Shown here: positions 14,553 to 28,465 of the stretch, piece by piece
How the letters are laid out: each line of letters starts with the position of its first letter
How positions within the stretch are numbered: position 1 is the stretch's first letter
Source: Octopus sinensis
Taxonomy: Eukaryota
Reading direction: 5' to 3'
Assembly (NCBI RefSeq): GCF_006345805.1
Contig: NC_042997.1
Span: 50,468,001-50,532,000, forward strand
DNA length: 64,000 nucleotides
Program-made: the position numbers and the translations under genes
Notes under the pieces: model-generated
What the model saw: the letters and a program-made list of their open reading frames with translations, nothing else
The model's database searches: none
Told to the model about the DNA's origin: nothing

Positions 14553-14848
14553 CAGTGGCAGACTGGCTAGGTTGCCAGATGGCAAGTGGGCACCTGCACC
14601 ATTAGAATCCTAATAGGGGGTTCATGTTAGTATCTAAGAGGCCCATCCCCTCAAGTTAGAAAATTTTTTATTCACTATTGGAAGAAAATATTATTTTAGC
14701 CTGGCTGTGTTTGTAGACAGTTGAAAAGAGTACTTTTAACAAAAAAATTAAATGATAGCATTGTAGTTGCGGGTGGACCCCTTTGTAGTTGTGGGTGGGC
14801 TCCCTTAGTCTCCTGGCAACCAATATTTTTAGACCCAGTCCGCCACTG
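14553..14848. mobile_element. hAT-type MITE
   Basis: TIRs CAGTGGCAGACTGG / CCAGTCCGCCACTG (1 mismatch); 8-bp TSD AGTACAAG / AGTACAGG. Confidence 0.85.
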
Positions 14849-15959
14849 AGTACAGGTATACATTGGCCTGTGGCATACACATCTGGAATACGCACAGACA
14901 TTAATGAAAGGATATATAGATATAGCCATTGTTAGAGTACATATGGACAGATGTAAATGGGATTATATTCTAATTTAGATATTTGTATAGGTAGAGCTCT
15001 GAAGTGAATATAGGTCATAGGACTCTTTGGTAGATAGACAAGCAAATTAAAGCATATAAATATGAAAGCAATGTCAGTGATGCAACAGGAACCAAAATGG
15101 ACAAATGCAAGATACCTATTTCTGGAGAGCAATTTGGGTTTCAGATTACATGTATGATTATTTGTGGGGTTTTTTTTGGTTTTCTTTTTAATAGCTAGCT
15201 ACACTATGTACCATAAAAGGTAACTAAAAGGATTCATGACTGAAATGGCATCTGGCCATAAAACATTACCTGAAAACGTAAAACAAAAGAATAGAAGTCC
15301 AACATATGCCAGAATAAAAATGTGTACATGAACTGATGATAACGATGATTTGTTTGTGTGTATATATGATTAAATATTGATTAAGTGATAAATTGATTGG
15401 ATAACTGTTAGAATCACTGTGAGCTTTATTTTAATAAAGGCCATTTTAAGAGCTGATTCTTTTCAGTGGGAAGTATACTTTCATAAGGACTCTGAATTGC
15501 GTCAATTTTATAGTTTGGGCTACAAGAAGAAGCTTTATCCTTGGCTTTCATAAACCCCGAGATTAATTAGATTGACACAATTAATGTTCTTCATAAACGA
15601 CTGCAAGTTGATGGTGAAGGAAGAACCTGAATGAGGAGTAAAGGACTTGGGAAAGTGATTTTTGCAGGGCTGGGAGAAGGGAGGAAAAATGGGAATGAAA
15701 AGAGCTTTGACAAATGAACAAGGTAACTTTGAGCAAAAGTGGTAAAAAGCAGAGACCATTGTAGTAGTGGTAGAAGCAGCAAAATGGGCCTGAAGGTGAA
15801 ATATGTTGGTGAGAGATTTCATGCTAATCAGTCAAGTGGCCTTTCCAGTGGTATAATCTAGAATGATTATATGTTTATTAATATTTAGAGGACTTTGTTT
15901 CTGGTGTTTTTATGATATACTTATGAACAGAACATATTTGAAAGTATTAAAATTGATTT

Positions 15960-16620
15960 CAAATTTTGGCACAAGGCCAGCAACTTCAGAGAAGTGGGTA
16001 AGTCGATTACCTTGACTTCCAGCATTCAAACTGGTTCTTATTTTACTGACACCGAAAGGATGAAAGACAAAATCAACCTCAGCAGAATTTGAACTCAGAT
16101 CATAAAGACAAATGAAACACTGATAAACATTTTACCCTGTATGTTAACTATTCTTCTTGCCACCTTTTTGAAAGTAGAAATATTCTTTTCTACTCTCGGC
16201 ACAAGGCTCGAAATTTTGGGGGAGGGGCCCAGTTGATCAGATTGACACCCAGTATGCAACTGACACTTAATTTATTGACCCTGAAAGTATGAAAGGCAAA
16301 GTTGACCTCAACAGAATTTGAACTCAGGACATAAAGCCAGACAAAATACCGCTGAGCATGCTAATTTTTCTGCCAGCTCACCATCTTTGAAAGTAAAAAT
16401 ATTCTTTTCTACTCAAGGCACAAGGCCCGAAATTTTGGGGGAGGGGGGGCAGTTGATTAGATTGACCCCAGTATGCAACTGGTACTTAATTTATCGGCTC
16501 CGAAAAGATGAAAGGCAAAATTGACCTTGGTGGAATCTGAACTCAGAATGTAAAGACAGATGAAATACTGCCAAGCATTTTGCCTCGTGTGCTAACGTTT
16601 CTGCCAGTTCTCTGCCTTTC
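15960..16620 (-). mobile_element. Three head-to-tail copies of SINE family A
   Basis: Three repeats of GGCACAAGG...GATGAAAGGCAAAGTTGACCTC...GAATTTGAACTCAG...CTGCCAG at about 225 bp period. Confidence 0.8.
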
Positions 16621-16708
16621 AAAGTAGAAATATTAAAACAAAAATGGTTTGATGGCCACAAAAAATTTCAGTTCTCTCATCTTGCAGCTTCTACTGCTTA
16701 ATTAATTA

Positions 16709-17117
16709 CTCTTACTCTTTTACTCTTTTACTTGTTTCAGTCATTTGACTGCGGTCATGTTGGAGCACCACCTTTAGTCGAGCAAATCGACCCCGGGACT
16801 TATTCTTTGTAAGCCCAGTACTTATTCTATCGGTCTCTTTTGCCGAACCGCTAAATGACGGGGATATAAACACACCAGCATCGGTTGTCAAGCAATGCTA
16901 GGGGGACAAACACAGACACACAAACACACACACGCATACATATATATATATACATATATACGACGGGCTTCTTTCAGTTTCCGTCTACCAAATCCCCTCA
17001 CAAGGCTTTGGTCGGCCCGAGGCTATAGTAGAAGACACTTGCCCAAGGTGCCACACAGTGGGACTGAACCTGGAACCATGTGGTTGGTTAGCAAGCTACT
17101 TACCACACAGCCACTCC
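16709..17117 (-). mobile_element. Full-length tRNA-derived SINE (family B)
   Basis: Head, TTGGGCAAGTG CORE-like motif, internal TA/TG microsatellite, (GAGTAAAA)n tail; highly similar to 20019-20426. Confidence 0.9.
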
Positions 17118-17528
17118 TGTCCTATATAATTGTGCATTGGTTGATAGCTCTTTTCAGATAAGTAACATAATTACTTTTATAAATAAAGTTAAGGGCAATA
17201 TTTATTGCATGACTTTGTTATATAATTAGAAACAGGAAATGCCAACTACAAGATGACCCATTGTGATATCATTTACTTGACTGAGGATTAAGCCTAAGCA
17301 ATATTTTTTTAGCCTAATTATGATCCTGAAGGACAAGAATATAATCAATCCTAAAATTGCATTCCTGCAATCAGGCCAACTATTACTCACTGAAAAATAA
17401 TGTTAGCTCTCCTTTCTTGTCTGTTAAGGACTTCTGGTTTCTTCATATTTAAGCAATATAAGTTGGTTGAAAAGCTTCTAAGAGAAGAGCCTACTCTGTA
17501 ATTGCTGGCCTTGTGCAAAATTTTGAAC

Positions 17529-17572
<44 letters not shown>

Positions 17573-17597
17573 TATTATTATTATTACATCATAATGG

Positions 17598-17960
17598 GGA
17601 TAGGCAGAATTGATAGTGTACCAAGTTGAATAACCTACAGTATTTGAGTCTTGCAATTTACAACTTTTCCTTTTATTTTTTCTATATTCTGAGTTCAAAT
17701 GCCCACAGAAGTCATTGTCGCCTTCTTCCCCTTTGGGGGATCATCATCCTCATCATTTAGTGTCCGTTTTCCATGCTAGAATGGTTTGGATGTTTCAACA
17801 AAAACCAATGAGTCACAGGACTGTGCCAAGCTACAGTGTTGAACTTTGGCATGGTTTCGTGGCTGGATGACCTTCCAAATACCAATCACTTTACAGAGTG
17901 TACCGGATACTTTTCTTGGGACACCAGCACTAATGAGGTCACCCAGTACTTGCAAGACCC
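17598..17960. mobile_element. Degenerate SINE A head (+) followed by RTE-tail retroposon (-)
   Basis: TTCTGAGTTCAAAT B box; CATCATC...GTCCGTTTTCCATGCTAG reverse tail. Confidence 0.5.
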
Positions 17961-18871
17961 CTAAACTGAGTTGGGGTATAATACTGAGGAAGGAGAAAGT
18001 ATGATAGAGAGACAGGAACGGGTACCTTGCTAACTAGGAGGTACATGACCTCCTCTGCTGAAGAGACAGAGATGGTAATAATACAAGGTGAATATTAGAT
18101 AAAGAACAAGGATAGAGAAAGAGAAAGGGTAGGTGAGTAGGTAAGAGTGTGAAAGGAGTGTGACAGTGATATAGATAGATAGAGATGGGGATTGGAACGG
18201 GGTGAACAGAAGAGACAGGGTTCAGGATAAATATCAGGAGAGTGCTGGCCTTGAAACGGTTACTATTCAGATACTAGCATTGATTCAATTAACTACACAT
18301 CTTCATAACACCAATAATTAGGAAGTTAATACATTTATTCTCCGTTTATATTTCACCTCTTCTCTCCTATATAAAAACCTTTATTAATGCTCTTATTTAA
18401 AGATATGGCATCGATTTTATGAAATAATATTAAAGGGTACTCTATTTATACTAAGGCCAGATGGCTCGGTAGTTTCCATATGCTATTGTATTAACGAACC
18501 TATAATTTATTCTATTATGTGCAGCTCTTGTTACAGTCATTATATTTATTAGCATTGCATCATTACACCAACCAGCCTAATATCTTGCTGAGGTCAACTA
18601 ATTATGGCTTTGCTTGATTTTTAAATATTTATATTCATAGCCCAATGTATTATTATAACTGACATGTTTCAGTGATATATCTATGGGAAGATCTTAAAAC
18701 CTAATCAATCATAGTTGCTCTGGCCTCTTTTATAGATTGCTATTGTCATTACTTAATATCTTTTTATAGCAGTCCATCTGAAACTACCAGCTTTCATATT
18801 AAAATCTCAGTCAAAATCTTAAAACATTAGATTTCAATTGGTCAACACTGACATAAAATACACCAATATAT

Positions 18872-19268
18872 GTTACTAGCAGTTTCGCCTGGCGTTGCTC
18901 GGGTTTGTTTCGACCCTTTAGAATTGGATTTTTTGAAAAGTAAAATTTTTGCATTATGTAGCTTGTTATACTCTTTAAGTGAACATTTTTCTGGTTGAAA
19001 TACACCAAACAATGGTGACACAGCAGTAAAAAAATCGTAAAAAATAGGGATTTTCATAGAAAAAAAGTACCTTTTTTATGTAAACAATTTTTGGTGTTAA
19101 CATGGTCCGATTTGAATTTTTTCTTCTATGGAAGGAAGAGCAAGACTTCTTCTATCATACTCTCAATTTTGGTCAACTTGCGCTGCAGGGTCTCGGCGGA
19201 GATAGTGTTAGTTGAAGGCTACCAAACCTGCCATGCACAAACAACTTCAGCTTCATATATAGAGAGAT
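18872..19268 (+). mobile_element. Non-autonomous Helitron/HINE (DINE-1/Lep1-like) element
   Basis: 5' TACTAGCAGTTTCGCCTGGCGTTGCTCGGG and 3' CAGCTTCATATATAGAGAGAT resemble the termini of that class; recognition only. Confidence 0.55.
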
Positions 19269-19711
19269 TCTGTGTTTATGTCACAGAATAATTATAATGT
19301 ATCCTGTGAACTACAAAGGTACTTTGTCATTGAGTATAATGGTTTATAAAGCTATAGATATTTTACTAAAATATCCAAAAATACAAACCATAATGGAAAG
19401 TAATTGAAATACATGGACAGACTACTTGTTAGAAATATAGCCAGGAAAGAGTTAAATCTGCTAATGTTTGATTATATTTAAATGAAGTAAGAGTTGGATC
19501 AAAGTTCTCTTGTTTCTTGTTATAGTTGTGGCGTTTATCAGCAAATAGATTCTTTTGACACATTCACTGATGTGTTGACAATTGTGTCACTAGTATACAT
19601 GGATATAGCATAGGTATCCGCAAAGACATTCCATTCTCAAGTTTTTCTTTAAAGCAAAGAGGAGAGCCTGTTGAAATATCTCTTAGTGACTTACATAGAA
19701 AAGAAAACAAA

Positions 19712-19960
19712 ATGACCGAAGGTCCTTCTTGAGCCATAGCCGCATAAGGCCTGTTTCCTGGATTCTGTGGTGTATATATTCCCCCTGGAGTGGATGCTAG
19801 TTCATTACAGGATTACTCAGTTTTACCAGCTGAGTGGACTGGAGCAACATGAAATGAAATGTTTTGCTTATGAATGCAACACATCACCCAGTCCAGGAAT
19901 CAAAACCACAATCCTATGACCTTTAGTACAAAACCCTAACCACTAAGCCACATGCCTCCA
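19712..19960 (-). mobile_element. tRNA-derived SINE (family C variant)
   Basis: Minus strand GGAGGCATGTGGCTTAGTGGTTAGGG head; central block shared with the 12871 copy. Confidence 0.7.
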
Positions 19961-20018
19961 CACTTTTATTTTTTTACTGGATCCAATTGAAAGATTGTGA
20001 CCATACTTTTAGATGCAT

Positions 20019-20426
20019 GAGTGGCTGTGTGGTAAGTAGCTTACTAACCAACCACATGGTTCCGGGTTCAGTCCCACTGTGTGGCATTTTGGGCAAGTGT
20101 CTTCTACTATAGCCTCGAGCCAACCAAAGCCTTGTGAGTGGATTTGGTAGACGGAAACTGAAAGAAGCCTGTCGTATATATGTATATATATATATGTATG
20201 TGTGCGTGTATGTTTGTGTGTCTGTTTTTGTCCCATCCAACATCGCTTGACAACCGATGCTGGTGTGTTTATGTCCCCGTCACTTAGCGGTTCGGCAAAA
20301 GAGACCGATAGAATAAGTACTGGGCTTACAAATAATAAGCCCCGGGATCGAGTTACTCGATTAAAGGCGGTGCTCCAGCATGGCCGCACTCAAATGACTG
20401 AAACAAGTAAAAGAGTAAAAAAGAGT
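20019..20426 (+). mobile_element. Full-length tRNA-derived SINE (family B)
   Basis: GAGTGGCTGTGTGGTAAGTAG...GGTTCAGTCCC head through GAAACAAGTAAAAGAGTAAA tail. Confidence 0.9.
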
Positions 20427-20449
20427 ATGCTGAGAACCATAACTCATTA

Positions 20450-20850
20450 TGGTGTTGCTGTAATAATGTTAGAAGTTTGTTTCCGAACCACATGGTTCCA
20501 GGTTCAAACCCACTGCATGATACCGTGAGTGAAAGTCTTCTGCTGTAGCCTCAAGCTGACCAAAGTGGATTTGGTACACAAAAAGAAGTATGTATGTGTG
20601 TATGTATGCATGTATGTGAGAGTGTGTGTGTGTATGAGTATGTGTGTGTGCCATGACATCGCATAATAATCATAAACAAATGTCTCTGTCATAAAAACAT
20701 GTCTGGTTAAGGGGAAAACATTATCTTACTTAGAAGCAGATGGATGTAGGTTGACAACAGGAAAGCCATCTGGCTGTAGAAAATCCACTTCAACAAAGTC
20801 CCATTCAACTCATGAGAGCATGTAAAAATGGATATAATAACAATGTTGAT
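20450..20850 (+). mobile_element. Degenerate family B SINE with RTE-like tail
   Basis: AACCACATGGTTCCAGGTTCAAACCCACTG head; GGTTGACAACAGGAAAGCCATCTGGCTGTAG tail. Confidence 0.55.
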
Positions 20851-21373
20851 AATTCATATATAAAACCCAAGCGCTTCTGTAGCCTTCAACCTTTTGCTAA
20901 CAGTTACCCTAACAAGATCCATTATCTATAGAATGTGCTATAATGAGATTTGCAATGTCCAAGTCTTTCCAAATCCATTGGCAGAGTGAACCGAAGTGAA
21001 AATTGAACCTGGATTGCTTCCTCCTCTCAATAACTTACTACTTACACACATCGTGTATGTGTATGTATGTATGAATGCATGCACGCATGAATGCACTTCA
21101 TTCAGATGCACACATAAAGCATTCCCTTATATTCCGATCACCTATGACTTTTCATACTGAACAGGTCATTGAAACCAAAGCTTCTGGTGGTGATTCATAA
21201 AAGCTCATTTGCTATAATTATGGTGCATTGATCTTGCCTTTAGAACAAACAGGAATCTTGACTCTGCCAGTGCAGAGGGTAAATAATACATGAAAATTAA
21301 TTAGAATCTTCTTTCAGCTTTATTCAATGGCTAAGCTGTAAAAGGTTGATACAGCTGACACAGCTATGAAACA

Positions 21374-21415
<42 letters not shown>

Positions 21416-21854
21416 TAAAGGAAGGACAGAGTGAATGATGTATGTATATGTTAATATGTCTATGATGTCTACGAGTAATTGATTGATATACATACATGTA
21501 CAGACTGGTATGCACACTGCTCCAGGAGTGTGTATTGCATTATAATGTATGTATGTAAGGTATGTTTGTGTGTGTGCTTGTGTGTATGTGTTTGTTTGTA
21601 CAGAAAGTAATTGCATGGATGCGTTTATCTGTCTCTTAATCTATATGCAAGTTTTTGTTTATATACAGTGACATTGTTTCTATGTGTGTATACATCAATA
21701 CATGTGCTTGAATATGCAACGACTTGTGTATGCAGACAGATCCAATTGAGTGCATGAGAATAGTGTACCGAGTACAAGTATTACGTCATCGTCATCATCA
21801 TCATCATTGTATCTATTTTCCCATACTTACATGAGTCAAACTAGATTATAAATG

Positions 21855-21895
<41 letters not shown>

Positions 21896-22121
21896 ATGTT
21901 CTTATGTTAAGTTGCTAAATTAAAGGGAAAACTTTACGTTTAAACAAAACAATTACTCAATACTTTTTTAAGAATATAAATTTATTATTCCGTAACAAGA
22001 CACTTGTTGACAGTGAATTCGAAGTTTCATCTAGTTAACCCATCATCGGACAGCCTGATGACACTTAGCTGGACAAAACTTTGCAGTCACTATTTCTTAA
22101 AGAATATATATATATATATCC

Positions 22122-22320
22122 CCCCACTGGCCCACGTGCCGGTGGCATGTAAAAGCACCCACTACACTCTCAGAGTGGTTGGCGTTAGGAAGGACATCCA
22201 GCTGTAGAAACTTTGCCAGATCAAGACTGGAGCCTGGTGCAGCCATCTGGTTTGCCAGCCCACAGTCAAACCGTCCAAACCATGCTAGCATGGAAAACGG
22301 ACGTTAAACGATGATGATGA
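22122..22320 (+). mobile_element. RTE-tail retroposon
   Basis: GGCGTTAGGAAGGACATCCAGCTGTAG...GGACGTTAAACGATGATGATG. Confidence 0.8.
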
Positions 22321-23209
22321 TATATATATATATATATATAACTTTTTCAAGGGAAAGAAAAGGTTGATAGTGACTTTGAAGTTTTGGCTTCCTCACTTTC
22401 ATCAGACTGTGAAGGTGAGCAAGTTAATACTTCAAAGTCACTATCTATCTTTTTCTTGTAAATGTTAATAAATACATACTCTCCTGAGTATGACTTTAAG
22501 CTGCATCTAATAGTTTAAGAACTCCAGGACTTTAAGGAGTGTGAACCACCACTTAACTGCTATTGTTCTCAAGTGTATTCTGACCAGGAGTAGTAGAATT
22601 TGTCAGGGTCCTAGCTTTGGGGTAATTAGCATATCATGAATTACTTCCAGAAGGTCACTCACCAATGAACCCAAGGCAGATGAGTTTCTTCAGCTCTTTA
22701 GTAATCCAACTATGGGAAGATAACTCCATACAAATCTTGCATCCTGAAAACTACTGGATTTATGGCATCAGACCAACAGAAGTTCAAAGGACTGGCTCTG
22801 CACAAACCATGCCTGTTATGATAATAAACCCCTGCTGCTTTGGGTAATTTATTGAGAATTTATAAAAAATTAAGCAAACCCTTCCAACAATTCCAGTAGG
22901 AGGGACCCTAAAACAGCTATATACAGATATACTTAACCAATATCTGGCATCTCTTGCAGTTCCATGGATGCTATAAGAGAGAAATGGGAATGCTTGTCTT
23001 TCCATTGTGGTGTATCCATAAGTGGAAAGGTGGTTAGTGTACTTGGAGCTAGGAACTTGCTTTTGGAAACAGCCCAGGCACAACAGAGGTGGTTAAGTTA
23101 CTGCCTCTGCAATAAAATAAAAAGACCAAACACTCTACTAAAAAGTACTGAGTAATCCTTCTGTTTCATGTTAAATTCTTTTATATATAACTTGACATAA
23201 AAAAATAAA

Positions 23210-23251
<42 letters not shown>

Positions 23252-25084
23252 AATATGTGTGTATGTGTGTGATGGCATACAATTATATTCCCATTTCTCT
23301 CTTATACAGGTAAAATAATGATAGACAAAGCTGTGTGGTACTTTATGATTCCAGATTCAGTTGCTGACAAAGTGTTGTCAGCATTTCAAAGACTTTAAAA
23401 AATTAATGTCTCTCTCAATAACATATTAGCACAGGGAATCAAAACAGCTCCAGCATCAGGTTTAGTACTAGTTTCATTTGTATGTGATCCACTTGTGGAC
23501 ATCTAGTAAGCAAATACCATATCACAGAACAATTGAATCAAGTTGACTTACAGCATGAAGGCAAAAGGTGGGTGAAGGTTAAAACCAGGCAATGTTTTAA
23601 TACACACATAAGCAGGTTATCAATAAGGATTGAAAGAATATAGTAGATTCCTGTATAATGGTGGGACGAAGAAGAGAAAGTCACAACTGGAGATCTAATA
23701 CAATTTGAGATAACCAATCTGAAGGCGAGAGAAAATAAAGAACCTGATTTATTCAGATGTCTTAGTTAAGGTGTTTCTCCTTTTTGCCATGTCTTTAATT
23801 GTGATGTAAAAATGTCTTTCTTGTTCTTCTTCATGTTGCCAATTGAAATCAATATTTATTTAAGCATTCAGTGCAGAATCAATTCAAGTTTAAAAAATTT
23901 AGAGTATAACATTTATTCTTTATAATTTGAAATAATTGGTAAATTTTATTTGCCTAAAGGATTCTCATGGTCAGTACTTAAAAATAGTCAATATTTGACT
24001 GATGAGAAGAATTTCCTCTTCGTTAAGTAATTTCCCTAAGTAGCATTGTAATTGTTTTTCATTTAAATGGAAGCAAATAGAATTTTCTTTACTAGAGAGT
24101 CAGCAAAGTATTCAGGATAGAATAAAAAAATCATGTCTCAGCCATTCAAACATTTCACTTTTCAAAATACATTTGTTGGTAAAGTACCTCTTATTTAATA
24201 TTTCATATTTCATCACTAAAACCTGTCTTTCAATGAATAAGTCACATCCTGATAATAGTGTCGTAGTTCAGCAATGTATTAGAAATGTATGACATTGTAA
24301 GAGAGGACTCCATTTATAAAGTGGACAGTGTGTCTCTTAGAGGTAAGATGTAATCTTCACATGAAGACTTTGCTAATGTTTCTTCCTTATCAGCCCAAAT
24401 AGTACAAGTATATGACAAGAGAGAACTAGTAGATTTGGCATATGATTACAGTGTTTTTCTAAAGCTGCAAAGGTGGCTAGTTCCTTCCTTTATCCTTAAA
24501 CAGTAAGAGATTGATTTTCTGTGAAGGGAAGCTAATCTATTGTAGGCTAATTTATCCATTTAGCTTTTATCTATGTTCTTGTCAGGTAATCTGAGATGAG
24601 GAAAGATATTTTTCTTAGTGAACACTTAGATATCTGTATTGAAGTATGAATGATCTATGTACCAGGCTTGCTGGCATCAGTTTCATCTAATTAGCTTTGA
24701 CCTCTCATTTATATGTCATTAAAACCACAGTGATAATCAGCATAATTATCAAGTAATGTTTGCCCTTAATCAAACAAATGTTAGCACTTAACAGTAAACT
24801 GATAAGAATTGAGCTAAGGACTTTGTCACATCTTTAAGAGCTTGGCTGAAACTCGGCTAGATAGCATTGTGTCAATCTGTGCTTTGGCTCTTTACTGAAT
24901 TACTCTGAAGCCTATATTTTTCTCCATATCTCTTCAAATAGAAAGAATTCAAATTGACCATTAACTACTGGGTAGCATAAACAACTTAAATGGTACAAGT
25001 ATGAAAATATGAAGTGCAGAAGTAAAAGAAGTAGTCACTGATATGATACACGGAGAATGATTTTTAGGTTATGACATGGTTAGA

Positions 25085-25262
25085 AATTTAACAGGAAAGG
25101 ATTTAATCAGTTAAATCGGTCCCAGTACTTCACTAGTACTTTCTGACATCAACCCTGGAAGGGAGAAAAGCAAAGTTAATCTCAGCAGAATATGAACTCA
25201 GGACATAAAGAGTTAGGGCTAATACCGTATGGTATTTTGTCCAGTGATCTAATGATTCTTGT
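25085..25262 (-). mobile_element. Degenerate SINE family A
   Basis: AAAAGCAAAGTTAATCTCAGCAGAATATGAACTCAG matches family A body. Confidence 0.5.
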
Positions 25263-25611
25263 TAATTCACTGCACTAATTATGGCATGCAAAGAACATAA
25301 CACAAAGCTGGAAGAGAGTATCCTGCAAAAACAGAAACATTATGAATGCTATTATTTATTTAGTATTGCAATCAAATTTGGTAAGAAAGGTGTTGAACGT
25401 TTGTGATACGTCTGTGTGTCAAAAACATTTTATTAAATATCTGACTGAAGAAAGTAGAATATATATATCTAGATCTATATATATGATTGTTTAAACACAA
25501 GTAGATATCTATATAATATGTAGCCAGTGGCAAGTTTTAAAGCTTAAAAGTGCTGCTATCAGATAAAAACCTAAGCAGAAATTTAGCTTGACGCAGAGCA
25601 AGAGGGAGAAA

Positions 25612-25829
25612 ATGTGTTACCCTATTTCTATTGAAATGCACTGCCTTCCTTCTGATTAATTCTGAAAATAAATAATTTAGTAAAATAAGTCATTGTTGAG
25701 CTGGTTTTGGGAATACAAACGAAAAAGGAAATTTTGTTGGAAGGTTTTAAATTAAATCACTTTGAAGTTGAAAGTTTATATTACAAAACCAAAGGTGTTC
25801 TCAGGTGGATTGATATCAGAAAGGTTAAG
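25612..25829. mobile_element. Probable degenerate piggyBac-type MITE
   Basis: Right end AGAAAGGTTAA; left TIR decayed; recognition only. Confidence 0.35.
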
Positions 25830-26419
25830 TACTAAATGCTATCTTCCCATATGATTTTATTTTATTTCTGCAAGTTCATTCTATAAAGTGCATTTAATTA
25901 ATAATCCCATCATCTGCAGAAATTGGGAGATTTACCATACGATCAAAATATGGAAATGAGCAACTGGGATGAAATAACTCGCTTAAGAATTTTCTCAAAC
26001 ATGTCAGCTGAAAACTTTAAATATGCATTGAAAGGCATTGATGGCACTGATGTAACCGGAACATTTGAAACCTCAAATAACTTTTGGTATTCAATTTTCA
26101 TTCAATATACCTTTCATCCTTCACTTGTTTCAGTCATTTGGCTGAGGCCATGAAAATAGGTTCTCATTTCAAACAGGGTTTCACTTTGCCTTTCATCCTT
26201 TCAGCATCGATAAATTAAACCCCAGCACTGTTTTTAGTCAATTTGCTTGAATATGCTCTTTGCTTTACAAGTTTGGTTTGGTTTCATCTTCTCATTTGGA
26301 ATTGAAATTTGTTCACTAAATACATAAATTTCATAGTTAGACTTTTGATTTGTTTACATCTTAACTTTGCAAATTGATGCCTATTATACTGAAATATCGA
26401 TTCATCTGACATTATTTGA

Positions 26420-26460
<41 letters not shown>

Positions 26461-26739
26461 GATTGCATCATCCTACTTTGCTAAAAGCATTCATCTGTTT
26501 GAAGCCTGAAAGATTACATGTTGCAAAATATCTCTGAGGAGTGATAAAATGAATTATGAACTTCAAACCTATGACAAGGCTGGACCTTAAATATCTCTGA
26601 TGACCTACAGGGTTTCCATCTATCCCATTCCACTAACAAAGTGCTGTAATGTAGGACTGAACCATAAACCATGTGGTTGAGAAGCAAGCATCTTAACCTC
26701 ACAGCTATCCCTACATTTCACAGCCATACCTGTACCTGC

Positions 26740-26974
26740 ACATATATATATATGTGTATATATATGTGTATATATATGTATATATATATGTGTATATATA
26801 TATGTGTGTATATATATATATGTATATATATATGTGTATATATATATATGTGTGTATATATATATATATATATGTATATAAATATGTGTATATATATATA
26901 TGTGTGTATATATATATATATGTGTGTATATATATATATGTATATATATATGTGTATATATATATATATATGTG

Positions 26975-27011
<37 letters not shown>

Positions 27012-27188
27012 GTATTTATATATATATGTATGTATATATAATATATGGATGATACTTTGATACTTTGATAGGTTTCGGCCATTATTGGCCCAGGCCATGT
27101 CTAACTTAATAGCACCACCTGTATATGTATATGTATATATATGTATGTATATATATATATATGGATGTATATGTATATATATGTATGT

Positions 27189-27222
<34 letters not shown>

Positions 27223-27415
27223 GTATGTATATATATGTAAGTGTATGTATGTATATGCATGTATATATATGTATGTATGTATATATATGTAAGTGTATGT
27301 ATGTATATGCATGTATATATATGTAAGTGTATGTATGTATATGCTTGTATATATATGTATGTATATATATGTATGTAAGTATATGTGTGTATGTATGTAT
27401 ATATGTGTATGTATG

Positions 27416-27447
<32 letters not shown>

Positions 27448-27695
27448 TGTATGTATATATATATATATGCGTATGTGTGTATATGTATATATATATATAT
27501 ATATGTGTATGTGTGTATATGTATATATATATGTGTATGTGTGTGTATATATATATATATATATATACATATATGTATGTATATATATATATATATACAT
27601 ATATGTATATATATATTATATACATATATGTATGTATATATATATATATATACATATATGTATGTATATATATATATATGTATATGTGTATATAT

Positions 27696-27727
<32 letters not shown>

Positions 27728-27758
27728 GTATATGTATGTATATATATATATGTATATG

Positions 27759-27797
<39 letters not shown>

Positions 27798-27865
27798 ATG
27801 TGTGTATATATATATATACATATATGTATGTATATATATATAGTTACATATACATATATATAATC
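26740..27865. repeat. Compound (TA/TG)n microsatellites with an 80-bp unique island
   Basis: Direct reading; island at about 27045-27121. Confidence 0.95.
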
Positions 27866-28304
27866 ATCATCATCATCAAGAAGTATTGTCATTAAATGAA
27901 ACCAGGCAGAGGTTTTAGTTGCACCTGGTACATAGCTTCGTCATCATGCATTAATTTAAGTCACTTAAAACATACATCTAAATTTCCTAATCAATATAAT
28001 GGCTTTGTTGCTCTAAGTCAAATAAACTGATAGCATTGGAATAAATTAGAATGACATTTTTTTTATTGCTTAGTCAGAAGAGATAAGGCAGCAAGAATGA
28101 CTCTTTGCAGGGCCTCCAAAGCTGTTAGCAGAAAGTGAGAAAATTACTATTAGACCAGGGACCTAACCCAAATGCTAGCAGCAATCAAAACTGTGTTAAG
28201 AACAACAATAATTCAGGTGGTCCCGTTAAGCTGGGAGGCAAATGAAAATCTGTCCTCTACTCTTGCTAGATGAGTGGTGAATTTGCAGAATTCTAAGAGC
28301 ACAA

Positions 28305-28465
28305 GTCAAGAGTGGTAGATTGGCAGAATCATTTCAGCATCAAACAAAATTCCTTGTGTTATTACTTCTGGCTTGTTTACATGCTGAGTTCAAATCCCAC
28401 TGAAATTTGCTTTACTTTTCACCCCTCCAGGGTTAATAAAATATGATACCAGTCTTGTACCTACT
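28305..28465 (+). mobile_element. Degenerate SINE family A head
   Basis: TTGGCAGAATC A box and CTGAGTTCAAATCCC B box. Confidence 0.5.

Noticed and set aside
13440-15130. Vaguely periodic GTACA/CATTG-rich sequence
   Set aside because: No definable unit or period by eye.
22560-24900. Possible old LINE coding remnants
   Set aside because: No recognisable RT or EN motif in the frames I translated.
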